From the human T2T-CHM13v2.0 reference genome, Homo sapiens, in assembly GCF_009914755.1 (NCBI RefSeq), contig NC_060937.1: a stretch of 64,000 nt of DNA; one strand, given 5' to 3'. The position numbers and the translations under genes were made by a program. A model generated the notes under the pieces. The model saw only the letters and a program-made list of their open reading frames with translations, was not told where the DNA came from and did no database searches. Below are positions 42,247 through 57,312 of the stretch, in pieces; position 1 is the first letter of the stretch, and each line of letters opens with the position of its first letter.

Positions 42247-42714
42247 ACTCTTATTTCTTCCTCTTGCTTACCTTTTCTGGCTAAGACCTCCAGTACCATA
42301 TAGCATAGAAGTGGTGAGAGTGGGCATCTTTGTCTCATTCTGGATCTTAAAAGAAAAGCTTTCAACTTTTTCTCATTGAATATGATGTTATATGCGGATT
42401 TGTCATATATGATCTTTATTATCTTGAGGTACATTCCTTCTATACGTAATTTGTTGAGAGGTTATTGAAAGAGTGTTGAATTTTATCAAATGTGATTTTT
42501 GCATCTATTAAAATGATCATATGATTTTTGTCCTTCAGTGTGTTAATGAGATGTATTACATATGTTGTTTTACAAATATTGAACGATTCCTTGCATACCT
42601 GAAATTCATACATTGTGATCTTATGTGAATGGTCTTTTTATGTCCTTCCAGATTTGTTTTGGCAATATTCTGTTGAAGATTGTTGCATCTATGTTCATTA
42701 GGAACATTGACCTG

Positions 42715-44822
42715 TGTATTACTCTGCTTTCATGCTGCTGATAAAGACATACCTGAGGCTGGGCAACTTACAGAAGAAAGAGGTTTATTGGACTTACAGT
42801 TCCATGTGGCTGGGGAGGCCTCAGAATCATGGCAGAAGATGAAAGGCATGTCTCCCACGGTGGCAGACAAGAGAAGAAAACTTGTGCATGAAAACTCCCC
42901 TTTTTTTAAAACATCAAAACTTGTGAGACTCATTCACTATCATGAGAACAGCCTGGTAAAGACCCACCCCCATAATTCAATCACCTCCCTCTGGGTTCCT
43001 CCCATGACACTTGGGAATTGTGGGAGTTACAATTTAAGATGAGATTTGGGTGGACACAGCCAAACCATATCATTCCACCCCTGGCCATCCCAAATGTCAT
43101 GTCTTCACATTTCAAAACCCGTCATGCCTTCCCAACAGTCCCCCTGAAGTTTTAACTCATTTCAGCATTAACTCAAAAGTCCACAGTCCAAAGTCTCATC
43201 AGAAACAAGGCAAGTCCCTTCCACCTATAAGCCTGTCAAATCAAAAGCAATTTAGTTACTTCCTAGATATACTAGGGGTACAGGCATTGGGTAAATACAG
43301 ATATTCCAAGGGGAAAATTGGCCAAAACAAAGGGTCTACAGGCTCCATGCAAGTCCAAAATCCAGCACATCAGCCAAATCTCAAAGGTCCAAAATGTTCT
43401 CCTTTGACTCCAGGTCTCAAATCTAGGTCACACTAATTTAAGAGGTGAGCCCCCACAGCCTTGGGAAGCTCCACCCCTGTGGCTTTTCAGGGTGTAGCCC
43501 TCCTCCGGGCTGCTTTCACAGGCTGGTGTTGAGTGTCTGTGGCTTTTCCAGGTGCATGGTGCAAGCTTCTGGTAGATCTAACATTCTGGGGTCTGGAGGA
43601 TAGTGGCCCTCTTCTCACAGCTCCACTAGGCAGCACTCCAGTAGAGACTCTGTGTGGGGACTCTGATCTCACATAATCCTTCTGCACTGCCCTAGCAGAG
43701 GTTTTCCATAATGGCCCCACCCCTGAAGCAAACTTCTGTGCGGGCATCCAGGCATTTCCATAAATCCTCTGAAATCTAGGCGGAGGTTCCCAAACCTCAA
43801 TTCTTGATTTCTGTGCACCCAAAGGCTCAACACCACATGGAAGCTGCCAAGGCTTTGGGCTTGCACCCCCTGAAACCATGGCCTGAGCTCTATGTTGGCC
43901 CCTTTGAGCCATGGCTGGAGCAGCTGAGACACAGGGCACCAAGTCCCTAGGCTTCACACAGCACAGGGACCCTGGACCTAGCCCAGGAAACTACTTTTTC
44001 CTCCTAGCCCTCTAGGCCTGTGATTGGAGGGGCTGCCTTGAAGACCACTGACATGCCCTGGAGACATTCTCCCCATTATCTTGGGGATTAACATTTGGCT
44101 ACTCATTGTTCATGCAAATTTCTGCAGCTGGCTTGAATTTCTCCTATGAAAATGGGATTTTCTTTTCCATTCCATTGTCAGGCTGCAAATTTTCTGAACT
44201 TTTATGCTTTGCTTTCCTTACAAAACTGAATGCCTTTAACAACACCCAAGTCACCTGTTGAGTGCTTTGCTGCTTAGAAATTTTTTTCACCAGATACTCT
44301 AAATTATCTCTCTCAAATTTAAAGTTCCACAAATCTCTAGGGCAGAGGCAAAATGCCAACAGTCTCTTTGTTAAAACATAACAAGAGTCACCTTTGCTCC
44401 AGTTCCCAACAAGTTCCTCATTTCCATCTGAGATCACCTCAGCCTGGGCCTCACTCCCAGTATCAATTTACTGTATTAGTCTCTTTCACCCTGCTGATAA
44501 AGACATACCCAGGACTGGGTAATTTACAAAAGAAAGAGATTTATTGGACTTACAATTCCACATGACTGGGGAGGCCTCACAATCATGGCATAAAGTAAAA
44601 GGCATGTCTCACATAGTGGCAGACAAGAGAAGAGAGCTTCTGTAGAGAAACTCCCATTTTTAAAACCACCTCATGAGGCTTATTCAATATCACAAGAATG
44701 GTGAAGGAAAGACCCACCCCCATAATTTAATCACCTCCCACCAGGTTCCTCCCATTATGTGTGGGAATTGTGGAAGTTACAATTCAAGATGATATTTGAG
44801 TGGGGACACAGCCAAACCATAT
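42715..44822 (-). mobile_element. THE1B-like MaLR provirus: LTR 42715-43072, internal 43073-44471, LTR 44472-44822
   Basis: Two LTRs. The internal region is collinear with 11931-13508 but lacks about 180 bp near 44450. The right terminus has lost its final CA. Confidence 0.94.
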
Positions 44823-45338
44823 TTTTGGCAATGTCTTTGTCTGGCTTTGGTGTCAAGGTGATGCTAGTCTTGTAAAATGAGTTTGGACACATTCCTACCT
44901 TTTATATATATTTTTGGAAGACCTTTAGAAAAATTGTTATTTGCTCTTTAAATATTTGATAGAATTCAGCAGTGAAGCCACCAGGCGCTGGGCTTTTTTT
45001 TTTTTTTAGGAAACTCCTTTTATTACTTATCCAATCTTCTCACTCATTATTGATGTATTAAGATTTTATATTTCTCTCTAATTCAGTCCTGATAGGTTTT
45101 ATTTTCTATAAATGTATCTCTTCCAGGTTATCCAAATTTTTGACATATTATTAAAAATAGTCTCATAACCTTTCATATTTCTGTCATATTAGCTGTAATA
45201 TCTCCTTTGTATTTCTGATGTTAGCTAGGACAGCTAAAGTTTTGTCAATTTTATTTATTTTTCAAAAGCCAACTCTTAGTTTCATTGATATTTTCTATTT
45301 TTTTTCTGTTCTCTATTTCTTTTTTTTTTTTTCTGTGA

Positions 45339-45649
<311 letters not shown>

Positions 45650-48600
45650 CTTGCTGTGATCTTTATTAATTTCTTTCTTTTACTAACTTTGGGCTTAGTT
45701 TGTTCTTTTTTTTCTAGTTTCTTGAGGTGCACCATTAGATTGTTTCTTTGAGATCTTTTTTCTTTTTTGATGTAGGTGTTTATTGCTATAAACTTCCCAC
45801 TTAGAACTGTTTTTGCTGTATTTCTTAGGTTTGTGTATGTTGTGTTTCCATTTTCATTTGTCTCAAGAACGTTTAAAATTTTCCTTTTAACTTCTTCATT
45901 GACCCATTGCTTGTTCAAGAGCCCATCATTTATTTTCTGGGTTTTTTGAATTTCCAGTGTTCCTATTTGGGATTAATTAATACAAAATTATTAATTTTTA
46001 GTTTTGTACCATGGTGGTTGAAAAGATACTTAATGTATTTTCAATCTTTACAATTCTTTTAATACTCTTACACCTGTTTTATATCCTAACACATGATCTT
46101 TCCTGGAGAATGCTCCATGTGCTGTTGAAAAAAATACAAATTCTGTAGTGGTTGGATAGAATGTTCTGTATATGTAGTTGAAGTCTGATTTTCTTGTATT
46201 GATTTTTTTATCTGGACGATCTGTCCACTACTGGAAGTGGGGTGTTGAAGTCTCCTACTATAATTGTATTTTAGTCTATCTTTCTCTTCAGTCCTATTTG
46301 TGTTTTCTTTATATATTATGTTCTGATGAGTTCACATATATTTATAATTATTATATCCACTTGATGAATGGACCTCTTTATATCTTTATATAATGATGCT
46401 TTTGGGTTTTTTTTTTACAATGTTTGACTTAAAGCCTATTTTATCTAATACATATAGCTATCCTGATCTCTTTTGATATCTACTTGCATGAAATATCTTT
46501 TATCATCTCTTCACTTTCAGTCTATGTGTGTCCCTATAGGCATATATGCTCTTGTAAGCAGCATACAGTTATTTTGTTGCTATCTTTAAAATTCATTCAG
46601 TTTCTCTATGTCTTTTGATTGGTGAATTTAATCTATTTACATTCAAGATTATTGCTAATAGATAAGGACTTGCTACTGCCATTTTATCTATTATTTCTAT
46701 TTCTTTTGTATATTTTACTATTCTTTCTACTTTTCTGTCTTTCTTTGTAGATAAGTGATTTTCTCTAGCGGTATGTTTTGATTTAACATTGTGTGTGTGT
46801 GTGTATCTACTACAGGTTTTTTGTTTTGTGGTTACCATGAGTCTTAAAATAAACATCTTATAGTAATAACATGCTTTTTTCAGCTAATAATAACTTAACT
46901 TTGATTGAAAAAAACACTACACTTTTACTTCATTCCTCCCAACATTTTGAAATTTTGATATTACATTTTACATCTTTTTGTATTGCATATCCCTAAAAAA
47001 TACTGTAACTAATAGTATTTTAACAGTTTTGTCTTATAGTATTAATACAAAAGATATAAGTAATTTATATACTATGATTTCAGTGTTAGATAATTCTGTA
47101 TTTGCCTGTGTACTTTATCAGTGAGTTTTATACTTTTAGATGTTTTTGTGTTTCTCATTAGCAACCTTTTCTTACAGCTCAAATAACTCCCTTTAGCATT
47201 TCTTGTAAGATGATTTTGGTTGTGATAAATTCTCTCAACTTAAGTTTCATAGTAAATTATTTCTCTCTCCTTAATTTCTGAAGAGTATAATATTCTTGGT
47301 TGGTATTTACCTTCAGCACTTCTGAATATATTATTCCACTCTCTCCAAGCCTATAAGGTTTTGGCTGAGAAATCATCAGCTACTCATATTGAAACTCCCT
47401 TATATGTTATCTTTTGTTTTGCTGCCTTCCAGATCCTCTCTTTGTCTTTGATGTTTGACAGTTTGATTATAGGTCATTTCTTAGAGTACTCTTATTTGGA
47501 TGGAATAGGATTAGAGAACTTTGACCTTTCTATGTCTGGATAGTTACATCTTTCTCCAGGTTTGGAAAATTTTCTGCAACTGTTTCTTTAGATAAGCTTT
47601 CTATACCTTTGTCTATTTCTTCTTCAACTTCTATGACTCAAAAAATATTACTCTTTTATGCTGCCCCATTAATCCTGTAAGATTTCTTTATTATTATTTT
47701 TTTCTTTTTTTCTCTTGTCTCCTCTGACTATATTCTCAAACATCCTTTCTTCAGGTTCACAGATATTTTTCTTGTACTTGATAAATTTTGCTATTGATGC
47801 TCTCTATTGCACTTTGCATTTCATTTATTGTATTTCTTAGGCCCAACATTTTTGGGTTTTTAGTTATTATTGAAACCTCTCTATTAAAGTTCTCATTCTG
47901 GTCACATTGTTTTCCTTATTTTGGTTAATTTTTTTCTGTGTATTTTCTTGAAGTTTGCTAAGCTTCCTAATAATATTTATTTTGAATTCTTTTTCAAGAT
48001 GTTAATACATCTCTGTCTCTAACTCAGTTACTTGTACTTTACTTTGCTGGTTTAGTGATATTGTATTTCCCTGATTGTTCTTGATCCTAATGGTTATCCA
48101 TCAGTGTTTGCATATTTGAAGAAGCAGATACTTATTCCACTCTCCACAAACTAGTCTTGTCTGCAGCAGATTAGAAACTTAGGATGGATGCAGTCAGCAT
48201 GGCGCCACCTGAGCCTGGGATTCACTAAGGCAGGCGTGATGCTGGGACACTAAGTCATGAAGCTAGGAACCACTAAGAGCTGCCTGTTGCTTAGGGCTGT
48301 CTGGAGCCCAGGGCCACTGACATTGGCTCAGCAATGGTACAGATCAGAGGCTGAGTTCTCAAAAAATGCCTGGCACCTGGGGCTGTGTGATCCCTCCTGG
48401 CACCAAGTCAGTTCTAAACAGTTAGTCCATTTGTACTCACCTGAAATGTAGGGTCATGAGTGTCTGCCCAGTGCTGGGTTTTACTGTGGTGGGCCTAGTG
48501 TTGAGTCCAAGACAAAGTCCTATGCTTCCTTCTCTCTCTCTCTCACAAGTGGATGGTATCTCTTCCCATGCTGTGCTCCCTATGGTTGGGGGAGGGGTGA

Positions 48601-49314
48601 CACATACGATGTCATACTGTTCTTCTTACTCTCTTCAATGCATATTTTCTTAATATTGTGCTATAATCAGGTAATGTGATCTCTTACCTGTGTTCCTTCG
48701 CTATTGGGAAAGTATTTTTGCATGTAGACAGTTGTTTAAGTTGATTTTTATGCAGAGCAATGATTGCTGGAGAGTCTTCTCTGCCATCTTTCTTCAATTC
48801 CCATCACAAATTCCAATAACCCGCTTTTAGCACTTTTGCTTCCAACCCAGTCAAACCTGATCTCTGCTGTTCCAGGTTTATTGGCTCCCAAAATGGTCCT
48901 ATTAAACTTGAAATTGAAAAGACTTCCTGGATACTTTGGACACTTCTGTCTCACTGACAAAAGGAAAATGTATGCAAGGGTCTTTCTTTGCTTCTTTGCT
49001 GGTTAGAGTAAATGGCCTTAAAAAAAAAGGCTAAATATATCAGATAGCTTCCTGACCAGTTAAAGAAATAAGAACTGTGGATTCTATGCATAATTTTATT
49101 AGGTAGCTATTTATAGCCACATTTATTATCAATTATGAGTATTGCTTTTTTCTTTTTTCTCTTTTCTTATTATTTTAGATAAAACTTATTAGAAATTACT
49201 AATTTTATAAGTTCATAGATCATGAAAATGAAAGAAGATATATCTGGGCCTTGTGCTAGAGATCTTGAGTTTCTTGCAATGGCTAATGGAGTTTTGCTGT
49301 TCTCATTATTGATG

Positions 49315-49422
49315 GGGGAGAGAAGAAGAAAAAGAAGAAAGAAGAAGAAGGAGGAGGAAGAGAAGGAGGAGAAAAGGAGAAGAGGAGAAGGAAAAAGGAG
49401 AAGGAGGGGAAAGAAAAGGGCA
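49315..49422. repeat. GA-rich low-complexity / (GAA,GGA)n tract
   Basis: Pure purine run AGAAGAAGAAAAAGAAG...GGAGAAGGAGGGG. Confidence 0.9.
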
Positions 49423-49489
49423 AGCTGATTATATCTATTTTTATTTGATAAATAGTTGACTCATGTCAAATGAAAGAATATTGTTTCTT

Positions 49490-49799
<310 letters not shown>

Positions 49800-50391
49800 A
49801 GAATGCTGTTTCTTAATGTGAGTAAAATGATGAGCATAGATACCAAAGAGTAAAAGAGGAGAGAGCATTTCCATTGTTAGACTTTGGCTCCTCTCTTCCC
49901 TAATCTGCTTGTTATAATGGAGAGGGAGATGTTTTCAACTACTGAATATTTTATTTCCCAGACTCCAGTATCAACTTAATTTTTACTGGAGGATGTCAGC
50001 AAAATATTGAAGGCCAATGTATCCCATTTCCCTTTTTACATCAGCTAACTTTTCTGGCAGCCTTTATTTGTCCTTTGTAATTTCAACTCCCACTCTCATC
50101 AGCAGATTAAGCTTCTTTCAGTTGATCAAGACTTCTGGAACACAGAAACACCATTATTTTCATTTGCCTCTCATGAAGGGGCAAAACTAGTAGGGTCTTG
50201 TGTCTTTTTTCTTCTAGATTATTTTATCAGCTCTTATATAGCTCTCAAGCTCTTCACCACCTATTTAAATGCAGAAATTCCCTCTGTGTCAATTTTTTAA
50301 AAATTGTTTAGCTAGACAATGACTGATATAAAACTTGAGAAAAATGGCCATTTCCCTATAATGCAACAGCTTTGGGAAATTTCAGTACAGG

Positions 50392-50680
50392 ATTTATTTT
50401 GTTTTGTTTCTTTTTCAACTTTTATTTTTAGGATGAGGGGGTTGTTTTGTGCAGGTTTGCTACATAAGTAAATTGTGTGTCACTGGAGTTTGGTGTACAA
50501 ATGATTTCATCACCCAGGTAGTGAGCATAGTACCCAATAGGTATCTTTTCCACCCTCACCCTTCTCCCACCCTTCTCTCTCAAGTAAACCCCTGTGTCTG
50601 TTGTTCTTTTTGTGTGTGTCCATCTGTACTCAATGTTTAGCTTCCACTTATAAGTGAGATCATGTGGCATTTGTATTTCA
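50392..50680 (-). mobile_element. L1PA13-16-like 3' end
   Basis: GTGCAGGTTTGCTACAT...TTTGGTGTACAAATGATTTCATCACCCAGG...TTTAGCTTCCACTTATAAGTGAGA. Confidence 0.88.
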
Positions 50681-51056
50681 GATAAGAAAAGGTTAACCAA
50701 TATAGACACAGACATACTTTAAAAGGGATTTGGGTACCATTAGATCTTTAGTGGTGGTTCTTTGTGCTTCTTCATGTAACTGCTGCCTTCATTCTGGTGA
50801 TAGTTATTTGAGGGGTACAGGTAAACCTTCTGATCGGGACAAGAATTAGTACATAATACCTTTCCATTTTAAATTCATATATAAGTTCACAGTAAGAAAA
50901 TTTATGAGCTTTACCGATTGTTATAGCTTTATTAGATAAATTTCTAAAATTTATCTAATAGTAGTATTTTCCTTTAGGATAGGAACTCAATCTGCTCTTA
51001 TGGTAGTTGATACATATACTTATTTGGATTATTTTCTTATCCCCTGTGTGTAATGC

Positions 51057-51808
51057 CATATTAGTTTGCCAGAGTCATCATATAAAAGTTCCACAAGCTG
51101 AATGGCTTAAACAACAGAAATTTATTTTCTCACAGTTCTTGAGGCTGGAAGTCTGAGATCAAGGTTTCGGCAGGGTTGGTTCCTTATGCGAGACTGTGAA
51201 AGAAGAATGTTTCAGGCCCTTCTCCTTGACTTTATGTAAACCCTGTCTCCTCCCTGTGTCTTCACGTGTTCTTCCCCGCGTGAGTGTGTCTCTTGATGCC
51301 CAAACTTGCAATTCTAATAAAGACATCAGTTGTACTGAATTAGAATTAGGGCCCACCCTAATGACCTCATTTTACCATAATTACCTTTTTTTTTTTTTTT
51401 TTTTTTTTTGAGACGGTGTCTCTCTCTGTCGCCCAGGCTGGAGTACAGTAGCGTGATCTCGGCTCACTGCAAGCACCGCCTCCAGGGTTCACGCCATTCT
51501 CCTGCCTCAGCCTCCCGAGTAGCTGGGACCACAGGCACCCACCACCACGCCCAGCTAATTTTTTTTTTTTTTGGTATTTTTAGTAGAGATGGGATTTTAC
51601 CGTGTTAGCCAGGATGGTCTCAATCTCCTGACCTCATGATCTGCCCGCCTCGGCCTCCCAAAGTGTTGGGATTGCAGGCGTGAGCCACCGCACCCAGCCC
51701 ATAATTACCTCTTAAAGATTGTATCTTCAGATACAGTCACATTCTAAGTACTCAAAATTTGTATTTCAATATATGAATTTTGGGGAAACATAATTCAGTC
51801 CATAAAAA
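51057..51808 (-). mobile_element. MLT1B-like LTR, split by an AluY
   Basis: GGCTTAAACAACAGAAATTTATTTTCTCACAGTTC...GGGCCCACCCTAATGACCTC...ATATGAATTTTGGGG. Confidence 0.88.
51387..51699 (-). mobile_element. AluY
   Basis: TTCACGCCATTCTCC and CCGTGTTAGCCAGGATGG. TSD is CATAATTACCT. Confidence 0.96.
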
Positions 51809-51829
51809 ATGGAGTCAGCAATTGTTCCA

Positions 51830-53995
51830 GAGTCGTATCCCTTTCCATAGAAAAGACACATAATCTGGGATTATGTTATCTAGCCTACCTTTTCCTTACC
51901 TATATGTGTGGCCTTATTACTAGTCCTTAGCAAAGAATGCTATGAGAAAGGCGAGTATCACTCCTGTCCAAGGTTTTAAGGAATCATCGGTGCCTCCTTT
52001 GTTTCCTTTTTCTCTTCTGAGATTTTCATAGTTAGAATGAAGAGGCCCTAACCTAGGGGAATTGGAGCCCCCAAAAAAGAGCTAGAGGAAATTATGCATT
52101 GCATGGAGAAAAACCAGCCAATCTACAAGCAGATATATTAGCATCGAATGTTATAAGGCTATCATATAGACTTGTCTGTAGTCTGCTATGCCTCAAAAAT
52201 GTTGGGATTTAATATCAGATAGCTTTCACCTAATTCATAAATATGTAGAACAAATGATTGGGGGAGCAGTGGTCTCATTAGTTTAGCAGGTATGTTGCAC
52301 AAGATTAGGGATTAGCAACTTCAGATTGAAAAGTTGAAGACCTTTATTACTTAGTGGCAAAATATCTGAGAAAACTAAAGCTATCTGTAATAATTCTGAA
52401 GACAAACCATGTCCTACTTAAGTCTGTAGCTTTAGGGAAGTAGTTGGAAAAGGTAACAAGGTTCATGTTTGTTAACTTTTATTTAATGTTTCAGAAAGGT
52501 GTTATTAAGAAAGAGAAAAGAGTCTCCAAAGTCTATTATTATATACTCTATGACCATGTGTATGCATTATTTAGCTCCCATTTATAAATGAGAATATGTA
52601 GTGAAATTAAAAATAAAATTAAAAAGAGATAATAATTGACTAATTCAGAACAGAGGTAGAAAAAAATAGTGGTGAGAAATTTGAAGCCACACAGTTTTGG
52701 GTAAGCCTAAAACTTCCAGTTACTAAACAGTAAGAGGTATTACTAGAAAAGGGATTTGCATGGCAAAGATCCACTAAGATATCTTAAAGAGAGCATATCA
52801 ATCTTTTGGTAAATATTAAATTAGGAAACTTTTCTTCCCATCCATGCTAATTATTTCAGTTTGCATGAGAATTAAAAAAAGCCAGACTTGAAATTTAAAC
52901 TAGAAGAAAATTTTGGTATGTTTACTGACATGTAATTGACTAATAGCAACTGGATCAGAAGTCTATTAAGCTCTGCAGAGAATAAAAATTGGCAAAGAAA
53001 AAAAGAAACAAAAACCTCATCTAAATGTCCTGCAGTTCTAAAACCTTCCTAGGTACCTAAATCTTTGGAACAGAAGGAAGTACCCCTCTCCCACACAGGA
53101 TATATTCCTCAGTGCCCAATTCAGAAGTAATCATCAAGGATATTGTGACACGAAGAAACTCCTAAAGATTGGAATCAAATGCCTACAAAGAATGCCAGAG
53201 ATCCTGAGGCTAATCAAATAAATCCCTCCTTTCTTAGCGCAGGGACTCAGAAGGAGTTCATTATTGCCAGGGACCAGTATGTATGTATGACTACTGTATG
53301 TCTCTTATTCTTTTATTTTAACATAGGCTATTTTTACCAAGATTATGTTGTCCTTAGTTTACCATTGCACATTGTGGGAGTTGGGTAAGGGGCAGGTAAT
53401 TTATTTTTAGTGTATAAGTTTCCAAACCATGTGATACCAAATTTGAACATAAATAGTATGCTCTAACTGAAATACTGCACTTTGAGATATAGGAGTACCT
53501 GGGATAGACATTGGTTTTCTTTTTCGAGGTAACAAGAGAATATAGTGTGTGAGTTTAAATAAGACTGCAAATGATTTTTTATTGACCAGGAGGACAGACT
53601 GTGGAAGAAATGCTGATTGTTCCTCTTTAAATTCATCTCCTCTCTATTCTGAAAACATAGCTAGATTATATCTCTCAGGATTCCTTGCAGTTAGGGGAGA
53701 CCATGTTGCAGCGTTTCTGCAATGGAATTTTGGCGGAAGTGATAAGTACAGCTTCCAGGTCTTGTGCAAACGTCTTCTATGCAATCGTATCCAGTATCTC
53801 TCTCATTCCACCAATTGGATGTGGATTTACAGAGCTTCTGTCAGCTGGGTCCTTGGTTTTTTATTATTTTTATAGCAATGCCAGTCCCCGTTCCCCTTAC
53901 TGATCAGAAATAACCATATCGTACTTTGATATGAGTAAGATGTAACTTTGATTTTGTTAAGCTACTGAAATGCAGACATTCACTACAAGCAGAGT
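51830..53995 (+). mobile_element. Old MLT1 (J/H-like) provirus remnant: internal region plus 3' LTR from about 53599
   Basis: A purine tract CCAGGAGGACAGAC precedes TGTGG. LTR motifs TCCTTGCAGTTAGGGGAGACCATG...GGCGGAAGTGAT and TGTTAAGCTACTGAAAT. The 5' boundary is uncertain. Confidence 0.6.
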
Positions 53996-54790
53996 AGGTA
54001 GCATAGCTTCTCTATTAGGCTCCACTCATTTTAGTTCAATGCCCTCTTTTACCAGTATAAAAGTAGTGTTCTGGGAAAAAAGTATTCATTTCTTGAATAT
54101 TATTCATTTTTATAATTTTCTTCTAAGAATTTTCATTTCATTGATCAAAATTCACAGTCTACAATGTGAATTTTTGGGACTAATGATGGTTTTAAGTTAT
54201 AAGAAAATGTAAATGGAAAACAGGAAGGAGGAACAGGTAAATGAGATAAGAAATGTGGACAACAAATTCTGGTTTTATTTAGGGTTCACGTGGTCACTAG
54301 CTACAGGTTATGGTAGCAACCGAGTAAATTCAGTCTACTCAACAACTCATTTAAGAAGTTATCCTTACATTATACTGTATCTGAGGATGAAATGACTAGA
54401 TATGAAGTAGTAACTGTCTACATTGTATTTTCCTGACTGCCTTTTATAGGCAATATAGTGCACACATTTCCTTAAATAAATAGATGGAACATATTAAGGT
54501 TAGGAATAGGACTCATTTCTCTCTAGGTGTATTCAGCTTAGCATATTTCTGGCAGGTGGATAAATATAGTAAGTGTTCAGTAATGACAACATATTAGAAA
54601 GGCATTCTGCTTTATTTTTCAGTAAGCCTATCCTCCAGTGATTTTTATGTTAGACTATCTTCAATACTTCTTTCACCAATATTTTGAAACTGGTTTGCCT
54701 TTGCAAACTGATTTCTCCATTGTCAAAGTACTATTTAAGGGATTGAGTAGCTGGGAAAATAAATTTTAAGTCTAATACTTATTCCTTTAC

Positions 54791-54857
54791 CTGTAATGCA
54801 GGATCCTGGTCTTATTGAATTCTCTTTATTCGTGGTATGCTTCATTATGTGTCTGAA
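54791..54857 (-). ncRNA. Candidate lncRNA exon (67 nt)
   Basis: Minus strand: CTAATTTTTATACCCACAG| acceptor with a CTAAT branch-like motif, and a CAG|GTAAAG donor. Confidence 0.3.
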
Positions 54858-54947
54858 CTGTGGGTATAAAAATTAGATCTTCTTACATTTGAAGACATTA
54901 CTTTCCTTTTCTCCTGTTCTCTCCATCTTTTATTATTTTCTCGTTAC

Positions 54948-55103
54948 CTGAGCAATATACAGGTTTTGCTGCGTGTTACCAATGCTTTTCCTCTGTGGGA
55001 TATCGCTAATGATGCTGCAACAGAGGTGTTGTCATTCTCACAGTAACACAAGAGAGCTGTGTGGTCTGGAGAGACGCAATGTACAGAAACGAGTTGGAAG
55101 CCA
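54948..55103 (-). ncRNA. Candidate lncRNA exon (156 nt)
   Basis: Minus strand: TTCTCCTTACTTTCCAG| acceptor and CAG|GTAACG donor. Non-repeat sequence with several retained CpGs. Confidence 0.35.
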
Positions 55104-55421
55104 CTGGAAAGTAAGGAGAAGGTCACATCAACCAATGCAAATGTTACATTTTCCAAAGGAGAACCAGGAGTATGTCCTTATGTGCTACCTAACAGAGACT
55201 TAAGAGAAATATTTCTTCAAATATTAATTCATATTCATCTTTTTTCTCCAATGTGGTAACCCAGAGATGAAGAAACAATACTACATTTGTTTTCTTTACC
55301 TTGGTAGTAAACTAAAATATTAATTCATTCATATGTTTTTAGTTAAAGTATTTATGAAATATATCACTCTTTTGTCATAGATCCACAGGCAATCAGATTT
55401 TTCATTTTAAAGATTAAAATA

Positions 55422-55721
<300 letters not shown>

Positions 55722-55814
55722 GATTTAAATATTGGTTAATTCATGTTTAATGATAACGTGCACATGGAATATATCACTATTTGTCATAGATCCATATGTA
55801 ATACATTTTATTTT

Positions 55815-55920
55815 TGATTTTGAAGATGAAAATATTGAGGCTAGAAAAGTTGTTTAACTGTGCCAAGACAACAGCCTGAGTTAGAGGTAGACAGAGAATT
55901 GGAAGGCAAGTCTTTGGCAT
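55815..55920 (-). mobile_element. MIR fragment
   Basis: TTTTGAAGATGAAAATATTGAGGCTAGAAAAGTTG..TAACTGTGCCAAG. Confidence 0.55.
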
Positions 55921-55970
55921 TTGTGTTTACTAGTGTGTGCATCCAGAAAACTTATTTAAAATCTATTTAG

Positions 55971-56286
55971 GGCCAGGGGCAGCGGCTCACACCTGTAATC
56001 CCAGCACTTTGGGAGGCCAACGTGGGTGGATCACTTGAGGTTAGGAGTTTCAGAACAGCCTGGACAACATGGTGAAACCCCATCTCTACTAAAAATATAA
56101 AAATTAGCCGGGCGTGGTGGCATGCCCCTGTGGTCCCAGCTACTCAGGATGCTGAGGCAGGAGAATAGCTTGAACCTGGGAGGCAGAGCTTGCAGAGAGC
56201 TGAGATCGCGTCCTACTGCCCTCCAGCCTGGGCAACAGAGTGAGACTGCATCTCAAAAAATAAAAAATAAAATAATAAAATAAAAT

Positions 56287-56290
<4 letters not shown>
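55971..56290 (+). mobile_element. AluS (Sz/Sx-like)
   Basis: Full dimer with an (AAAAT)n tail. Confidence 0.94.

Positions 56291-56332
<42 letters not shown>
56291..56332. repeat. (TA)21 microsatellite
   Basis: 42 bp of uninterrupted TA. Confidence 0.97.
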
Positions 56333-56336
<4 letters not shown>

Positions 56337-57312
56337 AGCGATGACTACAAAAAAGCTCAAAAAGCTCATTTCAAATGTGACTTCTTTCAGTGGTATTTTT
56401 TCTTCTTTCTAATATTAATGCAATCAAATATACCATAACAATACTTGCCTTTTCTCTGCTAATAACAAAATGTTGTCAGAATGAGTGTAGCATAAATCTC
56501 TATTCAAAGAGTATATGCCAACACAAAGGCATTCATACAACGAAAAAATTCTCTGGAGCATAGGTTGACATAGCAAAGATTATATGGAAGTAGAAATTGC
56601 CTGAATGAAACAGCTTTAGGATTTTGCAAAAAGAAGTATTTTTGGTTATTTTTATATTGTGTTTGTATATAAGTGTTTATTATATTTTAAACATTTCTAT
56701 TTGCAATCAGTAAATGTGGCTGAATTATAATCAAGACTTTGACATTCACTGACAAGATTTGTTTAAAAGTGTGACTTTATACTGTTATTTAGCCTAAGAA
56801 ATTTAGGTATCCATTGTTTTATTTTGAACAAAACTAGATTTAAGTGAAGCAGCTCTGAATTGAAAGAACTAAGACACTGCTAACATTTTTCCTTTCCACA
56901 TATTTACTTATCATTGATGAAGAAACACATTTAAATTTAGAGAATCTAATACTAACAACAATAAAATCTTATCTTCTCAGAGGCACAATCAATTCACCTT
57001 GTTAACTTTTTCTAAGACCAACAGTAAATTTCAATAAGGTTCTATTTTGTTTCCTCTAAACTAAAAGCAAATAGGTCTTCAAATTTTATTCATGGATGTT
57101 GAGAGAATCATACAAAAAAATCCTGTAATTTGCATGTAGAATACACAAAGCAGTTACATAAAATTTTAAAGGAAAATAACACTAAGCCATAGTTCTTAGT
57201 TTATTTAGACTTTATATTTTCAAAGTTTTAGTGGGAAGAATAGGGAAAACAGAAAAGTTACCATAAAGATAAGATCTTTAAATTTAGTGTGCATGGAGGT
57301 AAGCATGAGGCC

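Noticed and set aside
49222-49428. Lys/Arg/Glu-rich ORF
   Set aside because: Translation of a GA-rich simple repeat.
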